A DNA stretch of 39,498 bases. It comes from a virus (lineage: Duplodnaviria > Caudoviricetes). This document shows positions 16,181 through 27,151 of this stretch, piece after piece. Position numbers and translations under genes: made by a program. The DNA is taken from positions 1-39,498 of IMG/VR virus record IMGVR_UViG_3300033067_001759; one strand, given 5' to 3'. The notes under the pieces are model-generated. The model saw only the letters and a program-made list of their open reading frames with translations, was not told the DNA's origin and made no database searches. Position 1 is the first letter of the stretch. Each line of letters starts with the position of its first letter.

Positions 16181-17698
16181 ATGATTTCAGACGCTGTAGG
16201 CACCGAATTAATCAGCAAAATTGTTGGTTACAAGATTACCAAAGGTGATTTTTCTGAAGCATCACCAAATTTACCACAGCGCATTGCCATCTTAGGTGAA
16301 GCCAATCATGCCAATCAGGGAACATTAGACACTACACCAAAAGTAATTACATCAGCAAAACAGGCTGGTGAATTATATGGTTATGGTTCACCAATTTATA
16401 GCATTATGCGTATTTTACGCAGTAATTATGGTGCAAATGTTGGTGGCATTCCTACTGTAGTTTATCCGCAGGCAGCAGCCGTTGGTGCAACTGCCAAAGT
16501 TATGACAATAACACCATCTGGTGTTGCAACTGGAAATGGTACACATACCGTTTTAATAGCTGGTCGTACAGGTTTAGAAGGTGGTAGTTATTCAATTTCT
16601 GTTGAAGAAGGTGATACTACTGATGATATTACTGCAAAAATTTATGATGCAGTAAACAATGTTTTAGGATGTCCTGTAACTGTCACTGATTCATCTTATG
16701 AAAATACTTTTACCACAAAATGGAAAGGTTTAACTGCAAACGATTTGCAGATTTCGGTAGATACCGGATTGGATGCATTAGGATTAACCTATACTGTAGC
16801 AACAGTTACTGCAGGTAGTGGAACACCAAGCATTACAAGTGCTTTAAATCAGTTTTTAAATAACTGGAATACTATTGTTATTAATCCATATGGATTACAA
16901 TCAACGGTGTTGTCTTCACTTCAATCTTTCAACGGTATTCCTGATCCAACTTCACCAACAGGAAGATATAAAGGTATTGTAATGAAACCTTTTATTGCAC
17001 TTACCGGTACAGTAGCAGAAGATATTTCAGCATCAACAGATGTATTGAGTGAACAGGTAACAATTGCAATATGTCCGGCACCGCTTTCAAAAGGATTTCC
17101 ATTTGAAGCAGCTGCAAATATGGCCGCATTGTTTGCCAGAACATCACAAGATACACCACATTTAGATGTTTCCGGACAGTCATACCCGGATATGCCTACA
17201 CCAACAGCAATTGGTGTTATGTCTGATTATGACAGTCGCGATGCAATCGTAAAAAAAGGTTGTTCAACTGTTGATTTAGTTGCCGGAAGATATAAGGTAA
17301 TGGATTTTGTTACAACATACCATCCTGAAGGTGAAACACCACCGCAATTCAGATATTGCAGAAATCTGATGTTAGATTTCAATGTTCGTTACGGATATTA
17401 TCTGTTAGAGCAAATAAATGTTGTGGATCATGTAATTGCCAATGATGTAGATGTTGTATCTGCAAGCAAGGTTATCAAACCAAAACAGTGGAAACAGATT
17501 CTATTTAACTACTTTGAATCTTTAGTTAATAGAGGTTTGATTGTAGAAGCAACATTTTCACAAACATCTTTACAGGTTGGACTTTCTTCCACAAATCCTG
17601 ACAGGCTGGAAACATTTTTCAGATATAAAAGATCAGGCATTGCACGAATTGCTTCTACTACAGCAGAAGCAGGCTTTAATTTTGGAACTTTAAATTAA
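16181..17698 (+). CDS. Tail sheath protein (Mu gpL-like)
   Basis: About 505 aa; LPQRIAILG, SAKQAGELYGYGSP, TAKWKG-like TTKWKG, VTTYHP; heads the tail operon. Confidence 0.85.
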   Translation: MISDAVGTELISKIVGYKITKGDFSEASPNLPQRIAILGEANHANQGTLDTTPKVITSAKQAGELYGYGSPIYSIMRILRSNYGANVGGIPTVVYPQAAAVGATAKVMTITPSGVATGNGTHTVLIAGRTGLEGGSYSISVEEGDTTDDITAKIYDAVNNVLGCPVTVTDSSYENTFTTKWKGLTANDLQISVDTGLDALGLTYTVATVTAGSGTPSITSALNQFLNNWNTIVINPYGLQSTVLSSLQSFNGIPDPTSPTGRYKGIVMKPFIALTGTVAEDISASTDVLSEQVTIAICPAPLSKGFPFEAAANMAALFARTSQDTPHLDVSGQSYPDMPTPTAIGVMSDYDSRDAIVKKGCSTVDLVAGRYKVMDFVTTYHPEGETPPQFRYCRNLMLDFNVRYGYYLLEQINVVDHVIANDVDVVSASKVIKPKQWKQILFNYFESLVNRGLIVEATFSQTSLQVGLSSTNPDRLETFFRYKRSGIARIASTTAEAGFNFGTLN

Positions 17699-17705
17699 AA
17701 TATAA

Positions 17706-18113
17706 ATGGCATCAGGCGGCGATATTATAGAAATAACATACAACCATCCAACAATTGGATCTGGTGTTCTTTATCCAAAAGCAGGTGAAGACAATTCTTA
17801 TTTTCCAGGCGGTGTTACTACCGGTTCCGATGCAAATATGATTACCGCTGCAGGTGATCCAATTTGGCAGCAAAATCGTTCACGTGGTTATTTTGTTGCT
17901 ACTGTTGCTAATGAACAAAATACGCAACAAACATTAGAAAAAATCATTGAATTATCAGCATCACCAATACCAGCAGACTGGACGTTTTCTGTAATTAACG
18001 GTGTAACGTATGGTGGCAAAGGAAAGCCGGTTGATGTTCCGGAAGGAAATATTAACCAGTCTACTTTTTCACTACGTGTGGAAGGTGGTAAATTCATGAA
18101 AATTGTAGGATGA
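17706..18113 (+). CDS. Tail tube protein
   Basis: 135 aa, beta-rich, directly after the sheath gene. Confidence 0.75.
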   Translation: MASGGDIIEITYNHPTIGSGVLYPKAGEDNSYFPGGVTTGSDANMITAAGDPIWQQNRSRGYFVATVANEQNTQQTLEKIIELSASPIPADWTFSVINGVTYGGKGKPVDVPEGNINQSTFSLRVEGGKFMKIVG

Positions 18114-18142
18114 TTTTAAAACAGTTCTTTAAATAAATAAAA

Positions 18143-18541
18143 ATGTCAGCATTATCACCGGAAGTAGCAATGCTAGAAATTGAAAAATGGTTAGACCATA
18201 AAAAAGTTTCTGCAAACAAAAGAGAATCGAATGAAGAAGCAATCAAAACATTAGCAGAAGAATTTTCTTCTGGAAATATGATTTTGAAAGATTCTTTTGA
18301 TTTGCAGTATAAACTGAAAGCACCTATACAATCTGAAAGGGCAACATCAGAATTGATTTTTAAGCCTAGGTTAACTATAGGTTCAGTTTATAATCATTTA
18401 CAAGGTGTAAAACCAACGGATGCTGATGGAAGATTATTCGCTTATGCTGCGGCATTAACCGGTAATCCAAAAGATTTAATTAAAGCATTGGAAATTGATG
18501 ATTGGAACATCGTACAGGCAGTAGTGGTTTTTTTTCTTTAG
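18143..18541 (+). CDS. Tail assembly chaperone (G)
   Basis: Between tube and tape measure; ends VVVFFL over a T8 slippery run. Confidence 0.75.
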   Translation: MSALSPEVAMLEIEKWLDHKKVSANKRESNEEAIKTLAEEFSSGNMILKDSFDLQYKLKAPIQSERATSELIFKPRLTIGSVYNHLQGVKPTDADGRLFAYAAALTGNPKDLIKALEIDDWNIVQAVVVFFL

Positions 18542-18720
18542 ACAATGAAAGTTTAGAAAATATTATAAAAACAGTTGTTCGTGAGCATCATTTTTCGCCA
18601 GTGGAAATTGATGCTTTTTTTATGGATGATCAGGATTACCATGGTTTGCAATTTTGGTATAATGACTGTAAAGAAATGAATGAAGAACTTAAACCTAAAA
18701 AAACCGGAAATAAAAAATAA
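18526..18720 (+). CDS. Tail assembly chaperone frameshift extension (T)
   Basis: Open -1 frame entered at GGTTTTTTTTC; ends overlapping the tape measure ATG. Confidence 0.65.
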   Translation, partial: GFFSLDNESLENIIKTVVREHHFSPVEIDAFFMDDQDYHGLQFWYNDCKEMNEELKPKKTGNKK

Positions 18721-20582
18721 TGAATGCTGCACTAAAGGTTCCAACCATATTTTCTGCTGTCGATAAATTCAGTTCGGTAGTAAAAGGTATGTCAAAATCT
18801 GTATCATCATTTGGAAATGATACAGATGTAGCTGTTGCCAAAGTGCAACGTAAATTTCGTGGAATTTCAGAAGCTTCAAAAAACTTTGCTATTGGAACGG
18901 CAGCAGCCGGAACCGCAATTTTAGCGCCATTAGGAATGGCTGTAAAAGCAGCATCAGATTACGAAACATCTATAGCATCATTATCAGCTATTACCGGTGC
19001 TACAGGTACTGAATTACAAAAGTTTAAATCTAAAGTGGAAGAAGTTGCCGATGCACAGAAGATGGCATACGGTGAAACCGCAAAAGCATTTGAATTGGCA
19101 GGATCCGCCATGCCTGAATTATTAAAAAGTGCTGATGCATTAGGAAAAGTTTCCACTGCAGCAATAGTATTATCAAAAGCATCTGGCGAAGACCTGGAAT
19201 CTTCCATACGTTCCGTTACCGGTGTAATGAATCAATTCAGTTTAGGTGCAGAACAATCAGAACGTACAATAAACGTAATGGCTGCAGGTGCCAAAGTTGG
19301 TGCTGCTTCCATAGCACAAACTGCAGAATCAATGGTAAACTTTGGTTCTGTTGCCGCAGCGGCAAACATGAGTTTAGAACAAACGGTAGGTGCTATCCAG
19401 GTAATGAGTAAATATAGCTTGTTTGGTGCTGAAGCAGGTACTAAATTGCGCGGATCTGTGTTAAAATTACAGCAGGCTGGTGTTGGCTATGCCAGCGGAC
19501 AATTTAAAATAAACGATGCATTAATTGAAGCAAAAGCCAATATTGATAAATTGAGCACCGCAAAACAAAAAGATGCTGCTTTACAAAAATTATTCGGTGC
19601 TGAAAATATTTCTACAGGTAAAATTTTATTAAATAATATAGCAACTTTGAATGAATACACTTCCGGTGTTACCGGTACATCAGAAGCCCAGATTCAAGCT
19701 GCCATAAAATCTGAAACATTAGCAAAGAAAATGGAAGCCATGAAAAACAGGGTTGCTAATTTATCTGTAAAAATAGGTGAAGTATTATTGCCAATAGTTG
19801 AAAAATTAGCTGATAAAATTGGACCGGTTATTGGCAAAATTACAGAATGGGTAAAAGCAAATCCAAAATTAACTGAAGGATTAGTAAAAGGTGCAGCAGC
19901 AGTTGGTGTTTTATTAATTGCAATGTCCGGAATATCAACAGTAGTTTCTATAGTAACAGGATTTGTAGCTACATGTTCTACATTGGCTACAGCTTGGGTA
20001 ACTGTTGGTGGTGTTATAAGTTCATTTGTAATACCTGCATTTCAATTTTTAAGTGCCGCTTTTAGTTTTGTAATTAATATGATTTTAGGGTTTGCCGGTG
20101 TATCTGCCGGTGTATTTGCGGCGGTAGCAGCAGCTATTGCTTTTGTAGTTTCTTTAGTGCTTTCATTTATCAGAAACTGGGATCGAATTACAAACGCATT
20201 TAAAAATGATGGTATTGTTGCTGGGTTGAAAGCTATAGGAACAACAATTTTGGATGCAATATTATTGCCATTACAGAAAGTATTAGAATTAGCTTCTAAA
20301 CTTCCAAAGTTTTTAGGTGGCGGATTGGCGGCGGATGCGGCAGCCAGCGTTAAAGACTTTCGTGCCAGTTTAGGTGTAGAAATGGGTGCAGATGCAACAC
20401 AGCCAGCACCTGTAATTAATACAAAAAAGACAAATCAGGATGCAATTGTAAGCAGAACGGAAAATACGCAAAATAAAAACGTAACGCTCGATTTTAAAAA
20501 TGTACCGAAAGGAATGATAATGAGTGGTGATGGAATTTCTAATAACATGATGCCACAGTTAAGTTCGACATTTGGATTATAA
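18720..20582 (+). CDS. Tape measure protein (TP901-family core)
   Basis: SAVDKFS start, Ala/Gly-rich, GAEAGTKLR, hydrophobic C-terminal half. Confidence 0.9.
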   Translation: MNAALKVPTIFSAVDKFSSVVKGMSKSVSSFGNDTDVAVAKVQRKFRGISEASKNFAIGTAAAGTAILAPLGMAVKAASDYETSIASLSAITGATGTELQKFKSKVEEVADAQKMAYGETAKAFELAGSAMPELLKSADALGKVSTAAIVLSKASGEDLESSIRSVTGVMNQFSLGAEQSERTINVMAAGAKVGAASIAQTAESMVNFGSVAAAANMSLEQTVGAIQVMSKYSLFGAEAGTKLRGSVLKLQQAGVGYASGQFKINDALIEAKANIDKLSTAKQKDAALQKLFGAENISTGKILLNNIATLNEYTSGVTGTSEAQIQAAIKSETLAKKMEAMKNRVANLSVKIGEVLLPIVEKLADKIGPVIGKITEWVKANPKLTEGLVKGAAAVGVLLIAMSGISTVVSIVTGFVATCSTLATAWVTVGGVISSFVIPAFQFLSAAFSFVINMILGFAGVSAGVFAAVAAAIAFVVSLVLSFIRNWDRITNAFKNDGIVAGLKAIGTTILDAILLPLQKVLELASKLPKFLGGGLAADAAASVKDFRASLGVEMGADATQPAPVINTKKTNQDAIVSRTENTQNKNVTLDFKNVPKGMIMSGDGISNNMMPQLSSTFGL

Positions 20583-21037
20583 TGGATTTAAAAGTAATTG
20601 AAACAGGAAACGGTGGTGATATAACCAAAAATGGCAGCGATTTAGCCATGGTTTTTTCATTTGAAAACATGCCATATCTGTCACTGTTTGGCGGTAACGT
20701 GGAAGCAGTAACACAGCAGAAACGTTTAGAATCGGAACAAGCATTTGATTTTTGGGGAAATAGTTTGTTGTTTACAAATGATACCAGCATCCAGTTCAAT
20801 TCTTTAACAGAAAAAACACTGCAGGAAACACCATTAACTTCATCAGGAAGGCTGATTATAGAAAATGCTATAAAAGCTGATTTAGAATTTATGGCACCAT
20901 TTGCAGAAGTAACGGTTACCACTCAAATAGTTTCTTCAGACAGAATTGATATTTTAATAGGATTAAAAGAACCCGGAAATCTAACTGAAAAAAGATTTAT
21001 TTATATCTGGGAAAATGGAAAATTAATCATTGAATAA
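20582..21037 (+). CDS. Baseplate wedge protein (Mu gp46-like)
   Basis: YLSLFGGN...FWGN...AIKADLEFM; precedes baseplate J. Confidence 0.65.
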   Translation: MDLKVIETGNGGDITKNGSDLAMVFSFENMPYLSLFGGNVEAVTQQKRLESEQAFDFWGNSLLFTNDTSIQFNSLTEKTLQETPLTSSGRLIIENAIKADLEFMAPFAEVTVTTQIVSSDRIDILIGLKEPGNLTEKRFIYIWENGKLIIE

Positions 21038-21046
21038 TTTAAAATA

Positions 21047-22222
21047 ATGCAAGCAATACCAACATATACTGAATTATATAATAGTGTAATATCTGATTTA
21101 GAAGCACAGTTCAGTATTAATATACCAGTATTTGGAAAAAACTTTTTACGTGCTGTGGCTGTAGTACAGGCAGCAAAATTGAAGTTATATTATTTAGCAA
21201 TAGCAAATATTCAGAAAAATATTTTTGTAGATACAGCAGAAACAGAAGCTATTGGTGGTACATTAGAGCGATTTGGCCGTGTAAAATTAAACAGAAATCC
21301 ATTTCCTGCAACAGCAGGACAATATACGCTGGAAGTTACCGGCACGATCAATGCTGTTATACCGGCACAAACAACATTTAAAAGTGATGATACGTCACAG
21401 AATCCGGGAAACCTGTACATTTTGGATTCAGAATACACATTGGTTGATACCACAGATGAAATAACGGTACGATCATTATCTACCGGCATTGAAACAAAAT
21501 TAGCAGTAGGCAATACCTTAACAGCCACTGCACCAATTGCATTAGTAAATAAATCAGCAGAAGTGACCGCAGAAATAGTGGAACCATCTGCAGCAGAAAC
21601 GATTGAAGATTACAGAACAAAAGCACTGGATGCTTATCGACTGGAACCGCAAGGAGGTGCCGCTACGGATTACCGTTTATGGGCTGCCGATGCGCAAGGT
21701 GTTAAACAAACGTATGCGTATGCTAAATCGGGCACAGATTATCAAATAAATTTGTATGTAGAAGCAACCATAGCAGATTCTACAGATGGAAAAGGAACAC
21801 CATCTGTATTATTATTAGCGGAAGTGGAAGAAGTGGTGGAGTTTGATCCGGATGATACGCGCCCGGATGAAGAACGTGGCCGCCGACCGCTGCAGGCAAT
21901 TGTAAATTTTCTTCCGGTATCTATTCGTGAAGTAGATATTGTAATAAATGGATTGGTTGGCAGAAACACTGATATTGAAAATTTAATCATCGATGCATTA
22001 ACTACTGAAATAAACAAGGTACGTCCGTTTGTTTCAGCATGTGATGTGCTGGCAGACAAAAATGATATTTTAGATAATAACAAAATTATTGCCACCATTT
22101 TAAATGCACGTCCGGGTTCTGTATTTGGTGCAATCACATTACAGGTAGATTCTACTACCTATTCATCGTTCACATTTGTAAATGGTTTTATACCGCATGT
22201 AAATTCTATTACGTTTGCTTAA
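21047..22222 (+). CDS. Baseplate J / Mu gp47-like protein
   Basis: IFVDTA, LERFG, ETIEDYR, PQGGAATDYRLWA. Confidence 0.9.
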   Translation: MQAIPTYTELYNSVISDLEAQFSINIPVFGKNFLRAVAVVQAAKLKLYYLAIANIQKNIFVDTAETEAIGGTLERFGRVKLNRNPFPATAGQYTLEVTGTINAVIPAQTTFKSDDTSQNPGNLYILDSEYTLVDTTDEITVRSLSTGIETKLAVGNTLTATAPIALVNKSAEVTAEIVEPSAAETIEDYRTKALDAYRLEPQGGAATDYRLWAADAQGVKQTYAYAKSGTDYQINLYVEATIADSTDGKGTPSVLLLAEVEEVVEFDPDDTRPDEERGRRPLQAIVNFLPVSIREVDIVINGLVGRNTDIENLIIDALTTEINKVRPFVSACDVLADKNDILDNNKIIATILNARPGSVFGAITLQVDSTTYSSFTFVNGFIPHVNSITFA

Positions 22223-22925
22223 TTTTATACCTGACATATTATCCTTAACGAAACAGCTTTATCCAACAGGCAGGGCTTTTAAGATGCCTAAAGACGGATG
22301 GCTGGAATCTTTACATTATGCACTTAGTTTAAGTGAAAACAGGGCATACAATGATGCCGTGGCTTTATTATATGCCATCCTTCCGGACAATGCAGAATTT
22401 ACAGAAGATGATGCGTATGACTGGGAAAGACGTTTAGGAATGATTACCGGTTTAGGTGTTAGTCTGGAAGACAGAAAGAAAGCCATAAAGCGGAAAATTA
22501 ATCATCCTGGTAATATTCCGGCACGCCAGCACTATTTGTACATACAAGGACAGTTGCAAGCTGCAGGATTCAATGTATATGTTTATGAAAACAGATTTCC
22601 TTACGGTGGCGGAACGTATTATACACGTAGTATTTTTGATGTTGCAGGTATAGTAGGTGTAAATGAGTTTCAACATGGTGATGCGCAGCACGGCGATGAA
22701 CAACATGGCGGCGCGTATGGGAATATCATTGTAAATCACATTGATGAAACACTGGACCAGTCATTTTTCATAACCAGCAATTTAAGAAATACATTTTTCA
22801 TCGGCGGCAATCCATTAGGCAGTTTTGCCAATATTCCGGCAAATCGTAAAGATGAATTTCGACAATTGATTTTGAGATTAAAACCTGCGCACATGGTAGG
22901 CTATTTATTAATTAACTACGTTTAA
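22215..22925 (+). CDS. Baseplate protein (Mu gp48/DUF2313-like)
   Basis: QLYPTGRAF, DWERRLG, LEDRKKAI, LKPAH. Confidence 0.8.
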   Translation: MLNFIPDILSLTKQLYPTGRAFKMPKDGWLESLHYALSLSENRAYNDAVALLYAILPDNAEFTEDDAYDWERRLGMITGLGVSLEDRKKAIKRKINHPGNIPARQHYLYIQGQLQAAGFNVYVYENRFPYGGGTYYTRSIFDVAGIVGVNEFQHGDAQHGDEQHGGAYGNIIVNHIDETLDQSFFITSNLRNTFFIGGNPLGSFANIPANRKDEFRQLILRLKPAHMVGYLLINYV

Positions 22926-22935
22926 AATTTTAGAT

Positions 22936-23526
22936 ATGGCAATAAAATTAGAAGATAAACCAAATACGCTAGCACCTAATGCAGACTATCCGTATGGTAA
23001 TATTCAGGATAATACAGGCAGCAATAACGGAACGCCGGTAAATACGTTGGTATATGCTGATTTACATCAGTTTTTTGCAAAAATGATGGCAGAATCAGGT
23101 ATTGTTTACAATGATCAGCCGGATAATGCCACAAATGGATTTCAGTATTTTTTAGCATTAATCAAAGTAGTTACTGATAATGTTAATGTTATGGGTGCTG
23201 ATAGTTTAGTAAAACTTAAAAGAAAAATAATAGATATTGGAGAATGGAAAATGGAAGATAATGCCAGTACTACAGTAGCACACGGCATTGCAGATCTTAG
23301 TAAAATTCGTTCTGTTGAAGTGTACATTAGAAACAATACAGGTACAAATATAATACCATTAAATACAGCCTATAATGCTTCATTGGGTTCGGTTCAAGGT
23401 TCTGTTGGTATTGTTGATTCAACAAATGTATCATTATACAGGCTTTCCGGTGGTTTATTTCAAGCAACATCCTTTAATTCATCAGCATATAATCGTGGAT
23501 GGATTCATATTATATACGAAGATTAA
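22936..23526 (+). CDS. Short tail fibre / baseplate-attached protein
   Basis: YPYG...GTPVN...DL..FF.....SGI......DN....Q...AL fibre N-terminal pattern after gp48. Confidence 0.6.
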   Translation: MAIKLEDKPNTLAPNADYPYGNIQDNTGSNNGTPVNTLVYADLHQFFAKMMAESGIVYNDQPDNATNGFQYFLALIKVVTDNVNVMGADSLVKLKRKIIDIGEWKMEDNASTTVAHGIADLSKIRSVEVYIRNNTGTNIIPLNTAYNASLGSVQGSVGIVDSTNVSLYRLSGGLFQATSFNSSAYNRGWIHIIYED

Positions 23527-23527
23527 G

Positions 23528-24274
23528 ATGCAGTTAAATGTAAATACAGATGCAGTCGTGGCTTTTACCAACAAGTTGGAAAAGCTGCATCGGGCCGCCT
23601 TTCCGGTGGCGGTCCGTACTGCACTGAATTCTGCCGCGTTTGATATGAAGAAAAGTTCTATTCAGCAATCAGCAGATGATGAATTTACTATTAGAAATAA
23701 AACATTTTTTAAAGCTACAAGCAAGGTTAATAAAGCTACTGGTTTTGATGTAGATAATATGCAATCAATTGTAGGCTTTACAAAAAACTCACTTGCAGCA
23801 CAAAAAAAAGGGTATGATCAGGCAATAGATGATTTAGAACAACAGGAAAGTGGTGGTAAAATCAAAGGAAGATCTTTAATACCAACATTGTCTGCCAGAA
23901 TAGGAGCATCTAAAAATAAATCTATTCGTCCAAATGCAAGATTAAAAGAATTGGATGGTAAAATAGTAGATGCGTCAAAAGCTTCCGGTAAAAATGATAA
24001 ACAAAAATTTGTAAAATCTGTATTTTATGCTGGTGTTGGTGGTCATGTATTATCTGAAATCAATGGAAAAGGTTATGTATGGCGTGTAAATTCATTGAAA
24101 AGAACGGATGGTGGAAACTTTAAACTGACACCATTATATACTTATAAAAAAGGACGTTCTGTTAATGTAAAAGCTACACATTTTATGGCAAAAGCTACAG
24201 AAATGACAACAAAAAAAATAGAAGATTTTTATATAAAAGCAGCTGAAGTACAATTTAAACGAACATTACAGTGA
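23528..24274 (+). CDS. Basic virion morphogenesis protein (neck/tail-completion-like)
   Basis: Lys-rich; AVRTALNSAAFD pattern. ATG at 23528 follows the previous stop. Confidence 0.5.
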   Translation: MQLNVNTDAVVAFTNKLEKLHRAAFPVAVRTALNSAAFDMKKSSIQQSADDEFTIRNKTFFKATSKVNKATGFDVDNMQSIVGFTKNSLAAQKKGYDQAIDDLEQQESGGKIKGRSLIPTLSARIGASKNKSIRPNARLKELDGKIVDASKASGKNDKQKFVKSVFYAGVGGHVLSEINGKGYVWRVNSLKRTDGGNFKLTPLYTYKKGRSVNVKATHFMAKATEMTTKKIEDFYIKAAEVQFKRTLQ

Positions 24275-25509
24275 GTTGGGTAGAACAAATAAAATCTGAT
24301 TTAATAATCCAGACAGGTGACGGAAAGCAATACAAGCCGCATTATTTGAATCCTTCAAAGTCAAAGGAATATAATATTACCACGTTTGATTTTCCAAATG
24401 TCAGTGGTTCATTAGTGGACCGCCGATTACCTAAAGGAAGAAAATATCCGTTGCAGCTTTATTTTCAGGGTGATGACCATCTGATAGTTTGTGCTGCATT
24501 CGAAAAGTCTGCAGATGATCCGCGGCCATGGATTCTGATTCATCCGTATTACGGACGTATTACCGTACAGCCATCATCTTTAGAAATCGATAATTCCAGA
24601 ATGAATGTTTCTGAAATAAAAACAGAAGTCATTGAAACCATATTGCAGGATTATCCAAAAACAGCCGTTGTACCGGCAGATAAGATTCAGAATAATGTGG
24701 AGGAATGCAATGCATCACTGGGTGCCGCATCTATTGAAAAAATAAACAGCATTGGTGTAAAACCACTTACAATCAGCAAAACATCCGCATTCATTAATAA
24801 AAGCAATTCTAAAGTAAGCAAGCTATTATCTACTACTGCAGATTCAGAAACCTATATAAACAAATTTAATAAGGTAAAAGCATCTGTAAATTCATTTTCT
24901 ACGGCACCGGCAGATGTAATTACACAAACCATTGATATCTTAAGAACTACGGCAGAATTACCACTGTCAGTTACTGATAAGTTAACTAATTATACAGGAA
25001 TGATTTCCGATGCTCAAAATTCGTTTTTATTAGGAACTGTAGCATTGGCAGATAAGTTTCTGTATATGTCAAATGTTGGAAGTATAATTTCTGCCATGTG
25101 TTTATCTGCATCCAGACCAATTACAACTGATTATTCAAACAGGGTAGATGTATTGAACACAATTGATACCTTACTGGATGCAAATACAACCTACATTCAG
25201 ACATTAGATGATATTCAAACAGCAAACGGCGGTTCTATTGATAGTTTTATTCCGGATGCCACCGCATTATTTCAGCTAAATCAATTACTAAATTATACAG
25301 TATCAAACTTATTTAACATTGCATTAGATGCAAAACAGGAACGTTCAATTATTTTGGAAGAAGATAGCAACTGGATTCTGCTGGCACATCGGTTCTATGG
25401 ATTAAAATCTGATGATTCTTCTATTGATCAGATAATAAGAAACAATAACGCTGGTTTAAATGAAATGTTGCAAGTAAAGAAAAACCGAAAAATATTTTAT
25501 TATATCTGA
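24271..25509 (+). CDS. DNA circularization / Mu gpN-like tail protein
   Basis: FDFP, GRKYPLQLYF, LIHPYYG; C-terminal LAHRFYG LysM-like segment. Confidence 0.75.
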   Translation: MSWVEQIKSDLIIQTGDGKQYKPHYLNPSKSKEYNITTFDFPNVSGSLVDRRLPKGRKYPLQLYFQGDDHLIVCAAFEKSADDPRPWILIHPYYGRITVQPSSLEIDNSRMNVSEIKTEVIETILQDYPKTAVVPADKIQNNVEECNASLGAASIEKINSIGVKPLTISKTSAFINKSNSKVSKLLSTTADSETYINKFNKVKASVNSFSTAPADVITQTIDILRTTAELPLSVTDKLTNYTGMISDAQNSFLLGTVALADKFLYMSNVGSIISAMCLSASRPITTDYSNRVDVLNTIDTLLDANTTYIQTLDDIQTANGGSIDSFIPDATALFQLNQLLNYTVSNLFNIALDAKQERSIILEEDSNWILLAHRFYGLKSDDSSIDQIIRNNNAGLNEMLQVKKNRKIFYYI

Positions 25510-26576
25510 TGGAATTAATTATAAACGATAGAATCCGTAATTATAAAATCACTTTTTTCAATGATTTTACATTGTCATTGAAATATGATAGTGTTGGAAG
25601 TGCGTTTTCTTTTACGTTTAAATTCAATCCGGAAAATCCGGAACACAAAGAAGTGATGTGTATAGGTCATTATCATATCTGTAAAGTAACACACAACGGC
25701 GAAACCTTACTTACCGGGTACATTTTATCACAGGATTTCAATTCATCACCAATTCCTGAAATGGTAAGTATTTCAGGTTATTCATTACCAGGTGTGCTCG
25801 AAGACTGCGAAATACCAACTAAATTATATCCTTTACAAAGTGATGGGCTTTCTTTAAGAAATATTGCGCAAAAATTAATACAGCCATTCGGCTTACAATT
25901 AGTGGTAGATAGTTCAGTAGCCAGTCTGGTAGATTCAACCTTTAATACATCCACAGCAACGGATTCGCAAACGGTAAAATCTTATCTTTCAGAATTGGCT
26001 TCACAGAAAAACGTTATTATTTCGCATGATGAATTTGGCAGATTATTATTTACCAAAGCAAAAACAAATTTACAGCCAATACTGGATTTTAATGTTCCGC
26101 AGAACGGAATACCGGCAACCAGCATGAAATTAAGCTGCAACGGACAGGCAATGCATTCACACATTACTGTACAGAAACAAGCCAGCAGCGATGGCGGAAA
26201 TGCATCAGAATATACTATTACAAATCCGTTTGTAATAAATTCTGTTTACCGGCCAAAAACAATGTCCCAGAATAGCGGTGATGATAACGATACGGAAAAG
26301 GCGGCAAAAACTGCATTATCTGCAGAATTAAAAAACATAAAACTGATCATTAATACAGATAGATGGATTGTAGATGGTAAAATTTTGAAGCCAAATAATA
26401 CCATTACAGTTACCAATCCGCAATGCTATTTATATAATAAATCAACATGGTTTATTGAAAGTATTGATTATAAAGGTGATGAAAAGATAAACACCGCCGT
26501 TCTTACATGCGTATTACCATGCGTGTACGATGGCAGCACACCGGTATATTTATGGAAAGGAGTTAATTTACACTAA
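25509..26576 (+). CDS. Baseplate hub (Mu gp44-like)
   Basis: LLTGYI, PGVLEDC, IAQKLIQPFGL, DEFGRLLF, W......KPN. Confidence 0.8.
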   Translation: MELIINDRIRNYKITFFNDFTLSLKYDSVGSAFSFTFKFNPENPEHKEVMCIGHYHICKVTHNGETLLTGYILSQDFNSSPIPEMVSISGYSLPGVLEDCEIPTKLYPLQSDGLSLRNIAQKLIQPFGLQLVVDSSVASLVDSTFNTSTATDSQTVKSYLSELASQKNVIISHDEFGRLLFTKAKTNLQPILDFNVPQNGIPATSMKLSCNGQAMHSHITVQKQASSDGGNASEYTITNPFVINSVYRPKTMSQNSGDDNDTEKAAKTALSAELKNIKLIINTDRWIVDGKILKPNNTITVTNPQCYLYNKSTWFIESIDYKGDEKINTAVLTCVLPCVYDGSTPVYLWKGVNLH

Positions 26577-27103
26577 TGTTGAACATTACAAAAATATTAT
26601 CTACTGATTTTGACGATATAAAGCGCAGAATTGTAAAGGTATTGCGTAAAGGAAACAGCGATGTGCAGACTTCTATGGAAGCAACACCGTTTGGTATTGA
26701 CAGTAATCCGCTAAAAGATATGATTGCCATTTACGGACCAACGGAAGAAAAAGGAAAAACCGTTATAATTGGATATGTTCAGAAAGATAAATTAGCAGAA
26801 ATAGGTGAAACCCGGCTATTTTCTACAGATGCTGATGGTGCCGAACAGTTTTTTATTTGGTTAAAAAATGATGGAACAGCGGAAATTGGCGGAACGGATT
26901 ATCACATGGTGCGATACGAAAAAATGGAAGAAGCATTTAATGAACTAAAAAGTGATTTTAATCAATTAGTAAGCATTTTTAACAGTCACACACATGTAGG
27001 TGTTATTGCAGGTTTTGCTGTTTCAGGTGTATCAACAACAACCGGAACTTCAAGCACTGCAGATATTACACCAGCTAAAATTGATGAAATAAAATGTTTA
27101 TAA
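26576..27103 (+). CDS. Baseplate spike (Mu gp45/gpV-like)
   Basis: PFGIDSNP, GETRLFS, C-terminal HTH (His-x-His) iron-binding motif. Confidence 0.8.
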   Translation: MLNITKILSTDFDDIKRRIVKVLRKGNSDVQTSMEATPFGIDSNPLKDMIAIYGPTEEKGKTVIIGYVQKDKLAEIGETRLFSTDADGAEQFFIWLKNDGTAEIGGTDYHMVRYEKMEEAFNELKSDFNQLVSIFNSHTHVGVIAGFAVSGVSTTTGTSSTADITPAKIDEIKCL

Positions 27104-27151
27104 ACCAAAAATATATTTTTAAGGTTGTCTAAAAAATACTAAATTTACAGC

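Noticed and set aside
16181-27103. Tailocin or extracellular contractile injection system
   Set aside because: Portal, capsid, terminase and attP/int are present, so this is a phage.
27104-27151. Third late promoter before the gpW-like/portal genes
   Set aside because: Only a degenerate TAAATTTA box and no clear copy of the 35-bp element.
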